This document shows positions 35,326 through 36,468 of a stretch of DNA of 36,468 nt, piece after piece. The stretch is from a virus (taxonomy: Duplodnaviria; Caudoviricetes), in the IMG/VR virus record IMGVR_UViG_3300042431_000999, positions 1 to 36,468 of that record. One strand, written 5' to 3'. The notes under the pieces are model-generated. The model had not been told where the DNA came from and ran no database searches. It worked only from the letters and a program-made list of their open reading frames with translations. Numbering within the stretch: the stretch's first letter is position 1; every line of letters starts with the position of its first letter. The position numbers were made by a program, and so were the translations under genes.

Positions 35326-35864
35326 TGTTCGGCACTGACGACCGCCCCAGGTGGATCCAGAAGCACAATGCCTACTTCGGCGCTCGTTTCACGACCGGGA
35401 TCTATCAGGAATGGACTGAGATCTTGGTGCGTGAGATGGGAGCCACCGGAGACGCGCTGCTCGAGGCGGTCAACCAGATGATCCGACATGGCCAGAAGGG
35501 TTTCGTGGAGGACCACCTTCGTTCTTTGCAGTCCCATGTGGCGAAGAACTGCGGCGGTTGCACCACATGCAACGGGAGGGGCCTTGTTGAGGTTCCCAAC
35601 CGCGGACCTAGGCGTGATCAGCTACCTCTCATCTCGTTCATCTGCGGTTGTCCGCGTGGTGTGCAGGTGAGGGTGAGCAAGTATTCCGATGCTGGCCTTC
35701 TCTCAGAATATGAGGACAGGTACGGCAGCGGGTGGCGGGATGAGCCAAGGAGGGCCATCCAGTCCATTGACGTGGGCGAAATCACCCCGGGCAACATGGG
35801 TTCAGCCTTCCGCATGATTGTGGAACTGGCCAAACGATCTCAGGAGAGTGCCCTTGTCTCCTGA
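35322..35864 (+). CDS. Putative replication/helicase-loader-associated protein with zinc-binding motifs
   Basis: Helical N-terminus followed by CTTCNGRG...FICGCPRG. Confidence 0.5.
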   Translation: MMFGTDDRPRWIQKHNAYFGARFTTGIYQEWTEILVREMGATGDALLEAVNQMIRHGQKGFVEDHLRSLQSHVAKNCGGCTTCNGRGLVEVPNRGPRRDQLPLISFICGCPRGVQVRVSKYSDAGLLSEYEDRYGSGWRDEPRRAIQSIDVGEITPGNMGSAFRMIVELAKRSQESALVS

Positions 35865-36033
35865 TGAAGCAACTGCCTTGGCCGAACTCGGCCTGCTCGT
35901 GGAGAGGACGCAGCAGGTTGAGTTGGCCCGGGCGGCCCTCCTGGGCGTCATCACCGGCCATATCAAGGCCGAGGTTGGTGGCCCCCTGTGGGAGCGGTGT
36001 GTGGAAATCATCACGACCACAAGTCGTGAATGA
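35854..36033 (+). CDS. Small hypothetical protein
   Basis: TTG start 7 nt after AGGAG; helical ~59 aa; stops 5 nt before the repeat array. Confidence 0.5.
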   Translation: MSPDEATALAELGLLVERTQQVELARAALLGVITGHIKAEVGGPLWERCVEIITTTSRE

Positions 36034-36038
36034 GCCTT

Positions 36039-36468
36039 GGCAGGGCGGGGCAAGGCTGGGCCGGGCTGGGCACGGCCGGGCGAGGCACGGCGTGGCTGGG
36101 CGGGGCGAGGCAGGGCACGGCTGGGCAGGGCCAGGCAAGGTGGTTGAACTTAGCGGCATCTCGGGTTGCAAGCGCCCGGACAACCTATCCCGAAAGGGAA
36201 GTGCGGCGCGGCTGGGCGGGGCGGGGCAAGGCGCGGCTCGGCACGGCCGGGCGGGGCAGGGCTGGGCGGGGCAGGGCCGGGCGGGGCAGGGCAAGGCAAG
36301 GTGGTCGGACTTAGCGGCACTGGAGTGCAAGCCTCCAGACGACCTATCCCGAAAGGGAAGCGCGGCGGGGAGTGGATGGGCTGGGCGCGGCTGGGCGGGG
36401 ACTGGCTAGGCCAGGCTGGGATTGGCTGGGCAAGGCAAGGTGGTTGGGCTTAGCGACACCGTGGTGCG
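36039..36468 (+). repeat. Array of GG(C/A)NN pentamer tracts, each followed by a conserved structured tail; candidate guide-RNA array, runs off the window end
   Basis: Tracts at 36039-36138 (20 pentamers), 36205-36299 (19) and 36364-36438 (15); tails at 36139-36204, 36300-36363 and 36439-end. Confidence 0.9.

Noticed and set aside
36039-36438. Simple microsatellite or G-quadruplex as the full explanation
   Set aside because: G4 formation is possible, but it does not explain the constant GGCAA-GGTGG ends, the unit-specific NN strings or the conserved tails.
35782-36453. ORFs of 94-182 aa over the pentamer array (GRAGQG and PCPARP repeats)
   Set aside because: GGCNN repeats rarely produce stops, so several frames stay open on both strands. 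Five-base periodicity and RNA-level covariation argue against coding.
36039-36468. Classical CRISPR array
   Set aside because: The would-be spacers are themselves periodic and 75-100 nt long, the would-be repeats diverge with covariation, and no cas genes are seen.
33289-36468. Host chromosome beyond a prophage boundary
   Set aside because: Genes to the right of the tRNA fragment (RHH, RecT-like, SSB-like) are phage-type, so the site is read as attP, not attL or attR.

Overview
The window is a GC-rich segment of a temperate tailed phage in its non-integrated (attP) configuration. The host is probably a Planctomycete (Gemmataceae-like); this is inferred from a TIGR02996-like domain, a papain-like peptidase and cysteine-rich virion genes. 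From left to right it holds: low-complexity head-associated proteins, a Mu-like prohead protease/scaffold, cement and major capsid proteins, connector and tail genes, collagen-like and other fibres, a non-canonical lysis-position module, an acyl-carrier-like gene and Cys-rich tail-tip genes. A leftward operon follows (sigma-like factor, YqaJ nuclease, PAPS-reductase-like), then a tyrosine integrase with attP, an RHH regulator and RecT/SSB/replication genes. Terminase, portal and a canonical tape measure gene are not seen. Three non-coding signals stand out. (1) At 36039-36468, at least 3 units each consist of 15-20 GG(C/A)NN pentamers with variable NN plus a conserved, covarying structured tail; this is a candidate non-contiguous guide-RNA array with no effector visible in the window. 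(2) The attP carries the 5' half of tRNA-Arg(UCG) with its own promoter, not the usual 3' half. (3) A ~360-nt highly structured antisense RNA candidate with a near-consensus promoter lies at ~1320-1680. All product calls come from motif recognition by eye; no searches were run.
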